Source of the DNA: an uncultured Gemmatimonadales bacterium
GTDB lineage: Bacteria > Gemmatimonadota > Gemmatimonadetes > Longimicrobiales > RSA9
Assembly: GCA_963798845.1 (NCBI GenBank)
Contig: CAWCUS010000001.1
Coordinates: 64,001 to 128,000 of the forward strand
Length of the DNA stretch: 64,000 bases
Reading direction: 5' to 3'
The notes beneath the pieces are model-generated. The model had not been told where the DNA came from, did no database searches, and saw only the letters and a list, made by a program, of their open reading frames with translations. The position numbers were made by a program, and so were the translations under genes. This document shows positions 28,307-37,709 of the stretch, piece by piece (the first letter of the stretch is position 1; every line of letters starts with the position of its first letter).

Positions 28307-29721
28307 CTCCTCCCTCCACCCCCGGGCGGTTGCGCGGGCACGGAGTCCGGTGGCGGCACGGAGTCCGGTGGCGGCACGGAGTCCGGTGGCGGCACGGAGT
28401 CCGGCGGCGGTACGGTGTCCGGCGGCGCCACCCCCCCCGCCGCTGGAGGGCGGGCGCCATCTGCTGTATCGGTGGGCAACACCCGGCGCGGCGTGCGGAA
28501 ACGGGTGCTCCCCTCGCCTCCTGGCACGCCGCCGATATTGGTCAGTCCCGACACCGTCACCACGAAGGTGGTGTCCGGCGGCAGAGCGCGGTCGAGGAGC
28601 AGCCCGAGCTCCCGCGAGGGGACCGGCTCCGCGGTCTGCGCGGCGGGCGCGGCCGGCCCGGCGCGGCCGCCCGCCCCGCCGGGTGCGCCCTTCGGCGAAG
28701 GGGTCGGAATCCCGGGGCGGCGGGGGGCGAGCGCGGCGGAGTCCTTCCGGACCAGAGCCGTGTCCGCTGCGGCTCCCGTCGAGTCGGCGCGCGCGCGGCT
28801 GGAATCGGCCGCCGCTTTCTCGGCCGCCACCAGGGAGTCGAGCACGGTGACCTGCACCAGACGCCCCGTGGCGACCGGAGTGCTGTCGGGGAGGAGGAAG
28901 ACGGTGGCGTGGCCGCTGACCGGCCCCGTGCCGAAGAAGTCGTCGAACTGAAGTCGGACGCGCTCGGAGTCCGCGGCTTCGGCGCGGACCAGGTGGGTGG
29001 GCGTGCTGTCGCCGGGGAGGAGCGCCATCTCGATCACTGCGGTATCCAGGGCGGCGACCGTGACCGCGCCGGTATCCTTCGGCTCGGCGAAATCGGGCTC
29101 CCGGTCGCCGTCGGGGTCGAGCCAGGCGACGACACGGTACGAGCCCGCGGGGATGTAGCGCATGGAAAAGAAACCGGCAGTGTCCGTCACGGCCACGTAC
29201 GTGTCCTGGTCGGCGTCACGGGTTGCCTCGACGCGCGCCATCGGCGCGGGCTTGCCGGTCAGCCTGTCTTCGACGAACCCGGCCAGCGCCGTCTCCTCGA
29301 TGGCCGCGCCCGTGCTGAAGACGAGCTCGACGGGCTCGACGCGCTGGTTGTTGAACAGGTCGCGGAACACGGGGAGCACCACCACCCGGTAGACCAGTCC
29401 CGGCTGCCACCCCGCGGACATCGACACCCTGATGTCGCGCCGTCCCCGCTTCGCCTTCACGACCCCTGTCTCCGGCGACACGAGCACCGCCCCATCCAGG
29501 CTCCGCACCCCTTCCAGCCGCTCGCTGAGGCGCTCGTCGAAGCGGATGACCACGGGATCATCCAGGTCCCGTAGCGTGTCGAACGGCATGGGCGTGACGG
29601 ACACGACCCGCGGCGGCGAGTGGTCCGGCTCTCCCCCCGGCGGCGCCTTCGGCTGTGCACACGCCGCGGCCGCCGCGACCGCCGCGGCCGCCAGCCACGG
29701 CGCGGCGACACGCCGCGTCAT
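28294..29721 (-). CDS. Ig-like (Big_5) domain lipoprotein
   Basis: AAAC-AQ..PPGG.PD..PP N-terminus, FDE, FSTG; Pro-rich C-terminus. Confidence 0.8.
   Translation of the reverse strand: MTRRVAAPWLAAAAVAAAAACAQPKAPPGGEPDHSPPRVVSVTPMPFDTLRDLDDPVVIRFDERLSERLEGVRSLDGAVLVSPETGVVKAKRGRRDIRVSMSAGWQPGLVYRVVVLPVFRDLFNNQRVEPVELVFSTGAAIEETALAGFVEDRLTGKPAPMARVEATRDADQDTYVAVTDTAGFFSMRYIPAGSYRVVAWLDPDGDREPDFAEPKDTGAVTVAALDTAVIEMALLPGDSTPTHLVRAEAADSERVRLQFDDFFGTGPVSGHATVFLLPDSTPVATGRLVQVTVLDSLVAAEKAAADSSRARADSTGAAADTALVRKDSAALAPRRPGIPTPSPKGAPGGAGGRAGPAAPAAQTAEPVPSRELGLLLDRALPPDTTFVVTVSGLTNIGGVPGGEGSTRFRTPRRVLPTDTADGARPPAAGGVAPPDTVPPPDSVPPPDSVPPPDSVPPPDSVPAQPPGGGGRRWLR
28337..28426 (-). repeat. 18-bp tandem repeat x5 encoding PPD(S/T)VP
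   Basis: GGCACGGAGTCCGGTGGC x3 identical plus two variants. Confidence 0.9.
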
Positions 29722-32447
29722 GCCAGCGCCATCAGCTTGCGAGAGAGCCGGTCACGCTGCTCGGCCAGGCTCGCCGCCTTCTCCCGCTCGCGCTCCACCA
29801 CCTGCGCGGGCGCACGCTCCACGAAATCCGCGTTGCCCAGACGCTTCTCCGTCGACGACAGCAGTGCTTCCACCCGCTCGAGCTCCCCACTCAGCCGCTC
29901 CCGCTCCCGCGCCAGGTCGATCAGCCCCTCCAGTGGCAGGAAAAGCTCTGCGCCGGACTGCAGTACCGCGTGCGCGCCCGCCTGCCGCTCGCCCGCGCCA
30001 TCCAGCACCAGCGTGCCCACGCCCGCAAGCCGACGCAGCGACCGCTCCTCGATCTCCGCCGCCCGGCGCAGCGCGGCCGGCGCGTCCGTCACCTCGACGG
30101 TGACCGAGGCCCTGGCCGGGACGTCGTACTCCGCGCGGATCGAGCGCACTGCGTTGATGAGCTCCTGCAGCGCGTGCATCTCGCTCTCGGCCTCGGCGCT
30201 CTCCCGATCCGGCCTGGGCTCCGGCCACGGCGCGATCATCAGCGAGGCCGCCCGCGTCTGCCCCTCGGGCCATGGCAGCCTGCGCCACAGTGACTCCGTG
30301 ATGAACGGCATGATGGGATGCAGCAGTCGGAACACCCCGTCCAGGACGGCCACCAGCGTCGCCTTCGCCGCCTCGCGGCTCCCCTCCCCGGACTCACCCA
30401 GCATGCGGGCTTTCACCAGCTCCAGGTACCAGTCGGCCACCTCGCCCCAGAAGAACGAGTGGATGGCTTCGGCGACTTCGTGGAGCCGGTAGCTCTCCAG
30501 CGCACCGTCCACACGCCGCGTCGTCTTCGACAGCCGCGACAGGATCCACCGGTCCGCGAGCTCCAAGCGATCCTGGACTGCCTCCGGCGTCCTCACCGGC
30601 TCCTCGCCGAGATTCATCAGCGCGAATCGGCCCGCGTTCCACAACTTGTTGGCGAAGTTCCGGCCGGGCGCGAACGCCTCCTCGAGGTTCTCGTAGTTCA
30701 GCTGGATGTCGGTGCCCACGGCCGCCCCCGCCACCACCGTGTAGCGGAGCGCGTCCGCACCGAATCGCTCCACCACCTCCAGCGGGTCGATCCCGTTGCC
30801 CAGGGACTTCGACATCTTGCGACCGTGGTGGTCGCGCACCGTGGCGTGCAGCAGCACGTCGGTGAACGGTGCCTCGCCCATGAACTCGAACCCCGCCATG
30901 ATCATCCGGGCGACCCAGAAGAAGAGGATCTCGGGCGCAGTGGAGAGCGTGTTCGTCGGGTAGAACGCCTCGAGGTCCTTCGTCCGTTCCGGCCACCCCA
31001 TGGTGCTGAACGGCCACAGCCAGCTGCTGAACCACGTGTCCAGGACATCGGGGTCCTGCTCCAGGCTCGTGCCACCGCACGCGGGGCATTGCGGCGGGTC
31101 CTCGCGGGCCACGATGACCTCGTCGCACCCGTCGCTCCGGCAGTACCAGACCGGGATCCGGTGCCCCCACCAGAGCTGTCGGCTGATGCACCAGTCCCGG
31201 ATGTTCTCCAGCCAGTTCTCGTAGACGGTCTTCCAGTGCTCGGGAGTGAAGCGCACGGTACCGTCCCGGCTGGCCTGCAGCGCCGGCACCGCCAGCGGCT
31301 TCATCTTCACGAACCATTGCTCGCTGAGCCGCGGCTCCACCACCGTGCCGCACCGGTAGCAGCGTGGGACCGAATGCGTGTACTCCTCCACGCGCTCGAG
31401 CAGCCCCTGCGCTTCCAGCGCGGCCACCACCCGGTCGCGAGCCTCGAACCGGTCCAGGCCGACGAACGCCGGAGGCACGGCGTCGCTCATTTCACCCGTC
31501 GGCGTGAGCACGTCGATCTCCGGGAGGCCGTGGCGGCGCCCGATCTCGAAGTCGTTCGGGTCGTGGGCCGGCGTCACCTTCACCGCCCCGCTTCCGAACT
31601 CCGGGTCGACCCAGTCGTCCTCGACGATCGGGATCTGCCGCCCCGTGAGCGGGAGCTCAACCTGCCGTCCCACCAGGTTGGCGTACCGCTCGTCGCCAGG
31701 GTGCACGGCCACGGCGGTGTCCCCGAGCATCGTCTCCGGGCGCGTAGTGGCCACCACGAGGTAGCGTCGCCCGTCCGCCAGCTCAGGCAGGTGCTCCACG
31801 TCCGTGGCCTTCGCCAGCGGATAGCGAAGGTGATACAGGTGCCCCGCCGTCTCCTCCGCCTCCGCTTCCTCGTTGCTCAAGGCCGTACGGCAGCGCGGGC
31901 ACCAGTTGATGATGTAGTTTCCGCGGTAGATCAGCCTTTTCTCGTACAGACGCACGAAGACTTCGCGCACCGCCGCCGAGAGGCCCGGGTCCAGCGTGAA
32001 ACGCTCCCGCGAGAGGTCGAACGAGCAGCCCGTCGCTTCGAGCTGTCGGATGATTCGCGGCCGGGTCTGACCCACCCAGTCCCACACCCTCGCCTCGAAC
32101 GATTCCCGGCCCAGGTCCTGGCGCGTCAGCCCCTCCGTCGCCAGCTGCCGCTCCACCACGTTCTGCGTGGCGATCCCGGCGTGGTCCGTTCCCGGGATCC
32201 AGAGCGCTTCACGCCCCTGCATCCGCCGCCACCGGATCAGCAGGTCCTGCAGCGTGTTGTTGAGGCCGTGCCCCATGTGGAGCACCGCGGTCACGTTGGG
32301 CGGCGGGATGACGATCACGTACGGGTCGCGCTCGCCGCTCAGCACTGCGTCGGCGGACGCGGTGAAGTAGCCATTCTCGAGCCATTCCCGGTAGAGCGGG
32401 CCCTCGATTTCGGCCGGATCGTAGGTTTTCGAAAGCGGTTCGGTCAT
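29718..32447 (-). CDS. valS: Valine--tRNA ligase
   Basis: PPPNVT..LHMGH, DHAGIATQ, DWCISRQLWWGH, KMSKS, C-terminal coiled coil. Confidence 0.97.
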   Translation of the reverse strand: MTEPLSKTYDPAEIEGPLYREWLENGYFTASADAVLSGERDPYVIVIPPPNVTAVLHMGHGLNNTLQDLLIRWRRMQGREALWIPGTDHAGIATQNVVERQLATEGLTRQDLGRESFEARVWDWVGQTRPRIIRQLEATGCSFDLSRERFTLDPGLSAAVREVFVRLYEKRLIYRGNYIINWCPRCRTALSNEEAEAEETAGHLYHLRYPLAKATDVEHLPELADGRRYLVVATTRPETMLGDTAVAVHPGDERYANLVGRQVELPLTGRQIPIVEDDWVDPEFGSGAVKVTPAHDPNDFEIGRRHGLPEIDVLTPTGEMSDAVPPAFVGLDRFEARDRVVAALEAQGLLERVEEYTHSVPRCYRCGTVVEPRLSEQWFVKMKPLAVPALQASRDGTVRFTPEHWKTVYENWLENIRDWCISRQLWWGHRIPVWYCRSDGCDEVIVAREDPPQCPACGGTSLEQDPDVLDTWFSSWLWPFSTMGWPERTKDLEAFYPTNTLSTAPEILFFWVARMIMAGFEFMGEAPFTDVLLHATVRDHHGRKMSKSLGNGIDPLEVVERFGADALRYTVVAGAAVGTDIQLNYENLEEAFAPGRNFANKLWNAGRFALMNLGEEPVRTPEAVQDRLELADRWILSRLSKTTRRVDGALESYRLHEVAEAIHSFFWGEVADWYLELVKARMLGESGEGSREAAKATLVAVLDGVFRLLHPIMPFITESLWRRLPWPEGQTRAASLMIAPWPEPRPDRESAEAESEMHALQELINAVRSIRAEYDVPARASVTVEVTDAPAALRRAAEIEERSLRRLAGVGTLVLDGAGERQAGAHAVLQSGAELFLPLEGLIDLARERERLSGELERVEALLSSTEKRLGNADFVERAPAQVVEREREKAASLAEQRDRLSRKLMALA

Positions 32448-32466
32448 AAGTCGCCTACCTTACATG

Positions 32467-32498
32467 AAAAGCGGCCCGGCCGCCACCGGCCGGACCGC
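32467..32498 (-). terminator. Intrinsic terminator after the BON gene
   Basis: Minus strand GCGGTCCGGCCG-gtgg-CGGCCGGGCCGC-TTTT. Confidence 0.65.
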
Positions 32499-32523
32499 CC
32501 GTCCTCACGAGGCGGGAACGGGC

Positions 32524-33219
32524 TCAGCCGCCCTCACCCGGCTCCTGCGGCTCGACCGACCGCCCGGGCGTGCTGTTCGGGTGGGGACGGGGGTCGAGCC
32601 CCGCATCCCGGATGGACGCCTCGTCGCCCGGCTTCACGTCCTCGCTCTCGACCGCCTCGTCGCCGGACACCGGCTGGACGAGCGACTCCTGGTCGTCGCT
32701 CACCTTGGCGACATCCAGCTCCCGCTCCAGCAGGCGCTGCCGATCGCTCGGCCGGTCCGGGTCCGTGGCCGGCGACTGCCGCCGACGCCCCATCCCGACG
32801 CCCATCCCGTAGTGGTGCGACTCGTGGAGGTCCGGCGCCCCGTCGCTCCAGCGGCGCCGCGCCGTCTCCCGCCGCCCTTCCTCATCCGCCAGGCGAAGCC
32901 GATTGACCACCGTGTACACGCCTCGGGTCGCCTGCGCCACGCCCATCGCACGCTCTGCCTCGGCGTGATCCGCGACCTCGCCCCTCAGCTCGACGACCCC
33001 GTCGGCGATGGCCTCCACGTCGATTCGTCGGCGCGCGAGCTTCGGGTCGCGCTGCATCGCGTCCATTACATCACCTGCGGCGCCCCGCGGCTGCGCCGGA
33101 GGGCTACCCGCTTGCGGCGGCCTGGCGCGACGCCACCAGGCCCACACGCCCGTGGCCACCAGCCCCGTCGAGACTCCGATCACCGCTATGATCCCTTGCC
33201 TGCCGCGATCCGCTGACAT
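32524..33219 (-). CDS. BON-domain protein with N-terminal TM
   Basis: IDVE..DGVVELRGEV...A..TRGV..VVNRL; N-terminal hydrophobic helix. Confidence 0.8.
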   Translation of the reverse strand: MSADRGRQGIIAVIGVSTGLVATGVWAWWRRARPPQAGSPPAQPRGAAGDVMDAMQRDPKLARRRIDVEAIADGVVELRGEVADHAEAERAMGVAQATRGVYTVVNRLRLADEEGRRETARRRWSDGAPDLHESHHYGMGVGMGRRRQSPATDPDRPSDRQRLLERELDVAKVSDDQESLVQPVSGDEAVESEDVKPGDEASIRDAGLDPRPHPNSTPGRSVEPQEPGEGG

Positions 33220-33265
33220 GCTCCGACTGCCTCCTGATTGCGCTGGGATTGCCGCTCGGAAGCCG

Positions 33266-33281
33266 TGCAAGCCATGAGCCA
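33266..33281 (-). promoter_or_regulatory. Candidate sigma54 promoter for the BON gene
   Basis: Minus strand TGGCTCATGGCTTGCA = TGGC...TTGCA with GG-N10-GC spacing, 47 nt upstream of ATG. Confidence 0.6.
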
Positions 33282-33296
33282 CGACGCCCGATCGGG

Positions 33297-34109
33297 CTAT
33301 CCTCCACCCGACGACGTCGAACCGCCCCCGGTCTCCGCCGCTTTCCGCTCCGCGCGTTCCCGGTCCCGCCGATCCCGGATCGCTTTCACCCGCTCCCGGA
33401 AGCTGTCCAGAAGCGCCGCGCGGTCAGCCTGGTCCTGAAGCTCGATCCAGCGCGACGACTTCGGGTCGAACTCGTCGTCCGACACGAGGTAGATCGGCAG
33501 CGGCAGCGTCAGCTTCCCCAGGTGCAGCTTTCCCGGGCTGATCCCCCACTTCCCGCCGTTCTTGTCCACGACCGTCCAGTCCCGGCTGCGCAGCGCACGG
33601 TCCGTGGCCGCGAGCGCGGAGTCGTTGAGCATCTCCACGGCCGCTCCCAGCCGCGCTTCCACTTCCGACAACGTGGGCGCATGCGGCACGAGCACCATCG
33701 GCTCATAGAAACGCGGGTCCACGACGCGCGGGGCGAGGCGATCGGCCGCGGACTCCACGTCCGGCTTCCTCGCCTCCGCCTCCGGTCCCGGCTCTGCGGG
33801 CACCCGCCGCTGCGTCCGGGCGGGAGTCGTCACCGTGCGCGGCAGCTGCTCCGGCTGCGGGGCGGCTTCGCGCCCCGGCTGCACGACCGAGAGCTGGACC
33901 GCCCGCATCCCCGAGGGAGGCACCACCACCACGCGGGTAGCTCGGGGCGACGAACGCGGCCGGGGCGTCAGCAGCTCGCTGACCCAGAGGATCGCCGCTA
34001 CGTGCACCACGATGGAAAGGACGAGCCCGACCCGAAGCGCCCGTCGCTCCCGGCCCCGCCGCTGCGCCGAACCCGGTCGCGCTCCGCCGTGCCCGCTCGT
34101 GCTGCCCAT
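33297..34109 (-). CDS. Hypothetical protein with TonB/TolA-like N-terminal anchor
   Basis: TM with S...H motif (LSIVVH), Pro-rich linker, C-terminal DWT..D..G.KWGISPGKLHLG segment. Confidence 0.7.
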   Translation of the reverse strand: MGSTSGHGGARPGSAQRRGRERRALRVGLVLSIVVHVAAILWVSELLTPRPRSSPRATRVVVVPPSGMRAVQLSVVQPGREAAPQPEQLPRTVTTPARTQRRVPAEPGPEAEARKPDVESAADRLAPRVVDPRFYEPMVLVPHAPTLSEVEARLGAAVEMLNDSALAATDRALRSRDWTVVDKNGGKWGISPGKLHLGKLTLPLPIYLVSDDEFDPKSSRWIELQDQADRAALLDSFRERVKAIRDRRDRERAERKAAETGGGSTSSGGG

Positions 34110-34179
34110 GTCCGGGATTGTAACCCGCTGAACGGCGTCGGGTCCCAGCGCTGCGCGCCCGGGGGACCCGCACGTCCCC

Positions 34180-35340
34180 CTACCGGACCCTCGCCAGCCG
34201 CTCCGCCGCTTCCTCCAGCCTCGCCTCGCCCGTGGTCAGCGCCACGCGCAGGAATCCCTCACCACCTCTCCCCAGCGCCGCCCCCGGCATGACGACCACC
34301 CCCTCCTGCCGCAGCGCTCGCATGGCGAACTCCTCCGAAGGCTCGCCGCCCGGCACCGGTATCCACAGGTACATGGTCGCTCTCGGGACCTCCACGTCGA
34401 AGCCCGCCCTGCGCAGCGCGGTCGCCGCAACGTCCCGTCGGCGCTGGAATGCGGCCACGTTGCCCGGTACGAAATCGTCGTAGCTCTCCAGCGCGGCGCG
34501 GGCGCCCGCCTGTACCACCATGAAGTGGCCCGTGTCGACGAACGTCTTCACCCTTTGAAGCGCCGACACGATGGCAGGGTTGCCCGCGGCCCACCCGACG
34601 CGCCAGCCCGTCATGTTGTACGTTTTCGAGAACGAGTGGAACTCGATGGCCACTTCCCGCGCGCCGTCGATCTCCAGGATGCTGGGCGGCGTGTAGCCGT
34701 CGAAGGCGATCTCGCTGTACGCGTTGTCGTAGCACAGGACCGCGTCGTGCTCCCGGCACCACGCCACCGCCCGCTCCAGGTACGTCCGCGATGCCGCAGC
34801 CGCGGTGGGGTTGTTCGGATAGTTGAGGTATACGATCCTCGTGCGTCGCGCCACGCCGTCCGGGATCTCCTCGAATGGCACCAGGAAGTCGTGCTCCGGG
34901 CGAAGCGGGACCAGATGCGGCTCCCCGCCCGCCAGCAGCGTTCCGCCGCGGTATGGCTGGTATCCGGGGTCCGGCACCACCGTGGCGTCTCCCGGGCCGA
35001 CGTAGCCGAAGGCGAGGTGCGCGATCCCCTCTTTCGATCCGATCAGCGGCAGCACTTCGGCCATCGGATCCAGCGTCACCCTGAAGCGACGGCCCATCCA
35101 CGCCGCGATCGCCTCCCGCAGCTCCACCAGCCCCAGCTGGAACCCGTACCGGTTCATCGGCACCTCGTCCGCCGTCCGCTTCAGCGCCGCGACCGCCGCG
35201 GGCGGAGGCGCCAGGTCCGCATCTCCCGCCCCCAGGTCGATCACGTCCACACCCCTCGCCCGCAGCTCGCGGCGGATCCGCGGCACTTCGGCCAGGGGAT
35301 AGGCAGGAAAGTCGTTGAAGCGTCCATGCACCTTCGGCAT
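34180..35340 (-). CDS. Class I/II PLP aminotransferase (LL-diaminopimelate aminotransferase-like)
   Basis: VIDLGAGD, GSKEG, NYPNNPTA, DNAYSE, EFHSFSKTYNMTGWRVG. Confidence 0.88.
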   Translation of the reverse strand: MPKVHGRFNDFPAYPLAEVPRIRRELRARGVDVIDLGAGDADLAPPPAAVAALKRTADEVPMNRYGFQLGLVELREAIAAWMGRRFRVTLDPMAEVLPLIGSKEGIAHLAFGYVGPGDATVVPDPGYQPYRGGTLLAGGEPHLVPLRPEHDFLVPFEEIPDGVARRTRIVYLNYPNNPTAAAASRTYLERAVAWCREHDAVLCYDNAYSEIAFDGYTPPSILEIDGAREVAIEFHSFSKTYNMTGWRVGWAAGNPAIVSALQRVKTFVDTGHFMVVQAGARAALESYDDFVPGNVAAFQRRRDVAATALRRAGFDVEVPRATMYLWIPVPGGEPSEEFAMRALRQEGVVVMPGAALGRGGEGFLRVALTTGEARLEEAAERLARVR

Positions 35341-35399
35341 TTGCTTCCGCTCGAGCGCTTGGAGGGTGTGGCCCATCACCGGTCGCCGGGAATGGAACG

Positions 35400-35597
35400 C
35401 GCGGGGACGTAGCCGGCAAGGCCTCCACCTGGCCCCGTGGCGGGTTGTGGTCGGCGTCGTCCTGGACCTCCTCGCCGGACCCCACGGCCTTCGGCCTCAC
35501 GGTGCTCGTCCTCGCGACCGCAGGCGTCCTCGCCTGTCTCTACCCCGCGCGCCCTGCAACCCGGATTCACCCCGTCGAGGCCCTGCGGACGGATTGA
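35400..35597 (+). pseudogene. Frameshifted 3' remnant of a MacB/FtsX (ADOP-like) ABC permease
   Basis: 35478-35597 reads DPTAFGLTVLVLATAGVLACLYPARPATRIHPVEALRTD*; upstream RQGLHLA..VVVGVVL.LLAG lies in another frame; no start and no room for the rest of the gene. Confidence 0.7.
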
Positions 35598-35738
35598 ATC
35601 GAATGCGAACGTGCGTCCAGCCCGCGCGGCCGGACGCCCCGGCCTTGTGGGCGACCGGACCAGCGCGCAGATTTCTGGACAGTGGCACCCCCCGCCCACT
35701 CTCCCTGCGGCCGCCGTAGTCCTCGAACACGGACGACC

Positions 35739-37013
35739 ATGGAACCCTCTGCGCTCGTCTCCGCCCGCTCCGCGGCGCTGTTCAGGCCGCTCGCCTCCCT
35801 CATCGCTGGCCTGGGCGCCGCCCTGGCCGCCACGATCTTCCTCGCTGCATGCGGCTCCGCCCCGCCGCAGCAGGTGACCACACGTGACTCCGCCGGCGTC
35901 GCCATCACCCGCTCGGAAGCGCCCGCATGGGCCGCGGGCGCGGAGTGGCGGGTCGCCCCGGAGCCGACCCTCACCATCGGAGGCCTGGCGGGGCAGCAGA
36001 ACTACGACTTCACCAACGTGGTGGACGCGCTCCGGCTCCCGGACGGCCGCATTGTCGCCACGCAGTGCAGCCCGCCTCGCGTGCGCCTCTACGGCCCGTC
36101 CGGCGGGTTCATCCAGGCGTTCGGCGGGCTCGGGACGGCGCCCGGCCGCTGTCAGTTCATCCTGCACAGCTGGATCGCCGGATCCGATACGCTGCTGGTC
36201 TACGACCCGACCCTCGGCAGGGTGAGCCGCTTCAGCCTCTCGGGAGCGCTGCTCGGCGTCAATGACGTGGGTGCGGCGAGCGACCAGAACGGGCTCGTCT
36301 GGGTCGATCGCTTCCCCGATGGCTCACTGCTGGGGAGGCCCAACAGCCCGCCGCCGACCGCCGATGGCCGTGCCCGCGCCACGTTCGCATACGTGCGGCA
36401 CGACCCGGCCACCGGCACCATCGACACCCTGGTGACCGCCGCCGGCGCCGAGTACCTGGCCGAGGGGATCGGCTCGCCGCAGGAGCATACCGAGCAGGTC
36501 CTGTTCAGCCCGTTCACCGCTGCCGTGGCGCTCGACAGCACCATCCTCCTCGCGGACACCCGCGACTTCTGGATCGAGGAGTGGACCCGGGATGGCCGGC
36601 TGCTGCGGCGGTTCGGTCGTGCCTACGAGCCGCGCTCCATCGACCGCGATTTCATCCGCGCGTACAAACAGCAGCGGCTCGCGGCGGCGGGCTCCCGCGC
36701 CCGGGACGTCCGGGGCGAGCTCGACCGCGCCGTGTTCGCCGAGACGTTCCCGGCCCACGAGGGCACCATCCTGGTGGATCCGGCGCACTACGTCTGGGTG
36801 CTCGACTATCCTGGCACGGCGGACGGGGCACGCGCATGGAGCGTGTTCGACCCCGCTGGCCGCTGGTTCGGCGACGTCCAGCTCCCCCGCGAGCTGCGCA
36901 TCACCAATGTGGGGGAGGACTACATCCTCGGCGTCTGGCGTGAGCCGGACGGCACGCAGACCGTGCGCCTCTTCTCCCTGGATCGCTCCGCCGCCCCGGA
37001 AGTCGCCAGCTGA
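35739..37013 (+). CDS. 6-bladed beta-propeller-like lipoprotein
   Basis: Lipobox FLAA-C; RDSAGVAI, GG.G..PG, DTLLVYD, WSVFDP.GRW.G repeats. Confidence 0.75.
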   Translation: MEPSALVSARSAALFRPLASLIAGLGAALAATIFLAACGSAPPQQVTTRDSAGVAITRSEAPAWAAGAEWRVAPEPTLTIGGLAGQQNYDFTNVVDALRLPDGRIVATQCSPPRVRLYGPSGGFIQAFGGLGTAPGRCQFILHSWIAGSDTLLVYDPTLGRVSRFSLSGALLGVNDVGAASDQNGLVWVDRFPDGSLLGRPNSPPPTADGRARATFAYVRHDPATGTIDTLVTAAGAEYLAEGIGSPQEHTEQVLFSPFTAAVALDSTILLADTRDFWIEEWTRDGRLLRRFGRAYEPRSIDRDFIRAYKQQRLAAAGSRARDVRGELDRAVFAETFPAHEGTILVDPAHYVWVLDYPGTADGARAWSVFDPAGRWFGDVQLPRELRITNVGEDYILGVWREPDGTQTVRLFSLDRSAAPEVAS

Positions 37014-37067
37014 AGCAGACACGGGCCGGCGCGCGCTCACGCTCCCGGGCGCGCGCCGCTCGCCTTC

Positions 37068-37709
37068 TCAGCCGTCCCGCACCGTGCTCCGCACCGACGA
37101 CAGCACGCGCTCGCCGAGCCGCACCTCCACCACCACATCCGACCCGTCCACCAGCGGCCCCACCCCGTGCGGTGTGCCCGTGGCGACCAGATCACCTGGC
37201 TCCAGCGTCATGATCGCGCTGATGTAGCTCACCAGGAACGGGATTCCGAACGCCATCTGACGGGCCACGCCGCGCTGCCGCACCTCACCGTTCACCCGGC
37301 ATTCCACGCCCAGTCCACGCCAGTCCGGCACCTCGCCCGCCGCCGCCATCTCCCCCACGGGGCAGAACGTGTCGAAGCCCTTCGCGCGCGACCACTGGTC
37401 GTCCCGCTTCTGCAGGTCGCGCGCGGTGACGTCGTTCAGGGCGCAGTACCCGGCGACGTGGGCCAGCGCGTCCTCTTCGGTCACCTTCCGGCAGAGCCGC
37501 CCGATCACGACCGCGATCTCCCCCTCGTGCTCCACCTGCGACGACTGGCCCGGCCGCACGATCGTACCACCGTCCGCCAGCAGCGCCGACGGCGGCTTCA
37601 GAAACAGCAGCGGCTTGTCCGGTACGACGTTCCCCAGCTCCGCCGCGTGCTCAACGTAGTTGCGCCCGACGCACACGATCTTGCTCGGACGCGGCAATCC
37701 TTCCGGCAT
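37068..37709 (-). CDS. Fumarylacetoacetate hydrolase family protein
   Basis: KIVCVGRNY..HA.E, FLKP, HEGE, NDVTARD, KGFDTFCP, GDLVATGTP; GGAGGAG RBS. Confidence 0.92.
   Translation of the reverse strand: MPEGLPRPSKIVCVGRNYVEHAAELGNVVPDKPLLFLKPPSALLADGGTIVRPGQSSQVEHEGEIAVVIGRLCRKVTEEDALAHVAGYCALNDVTARDLQKRDDQWSRAKGFDTFCPVGEMAAAGEVPDWRGLGVECRVNGEVRQRGVARQMAFGIPFLVSYISAIMTLEPGDLVATGTPHGVGPLVDGSDVVVEVRLGERVLSSVRSTVRDG

Noticed and set aside
28337..28426. Tandem repeats here and at 56005-56196 as possible CRISPR arrays
   Set aside because: Head-to-tail units with no spacers, lengths are multiples of 3, they lie in frame within CDSs, and there are no cas genes
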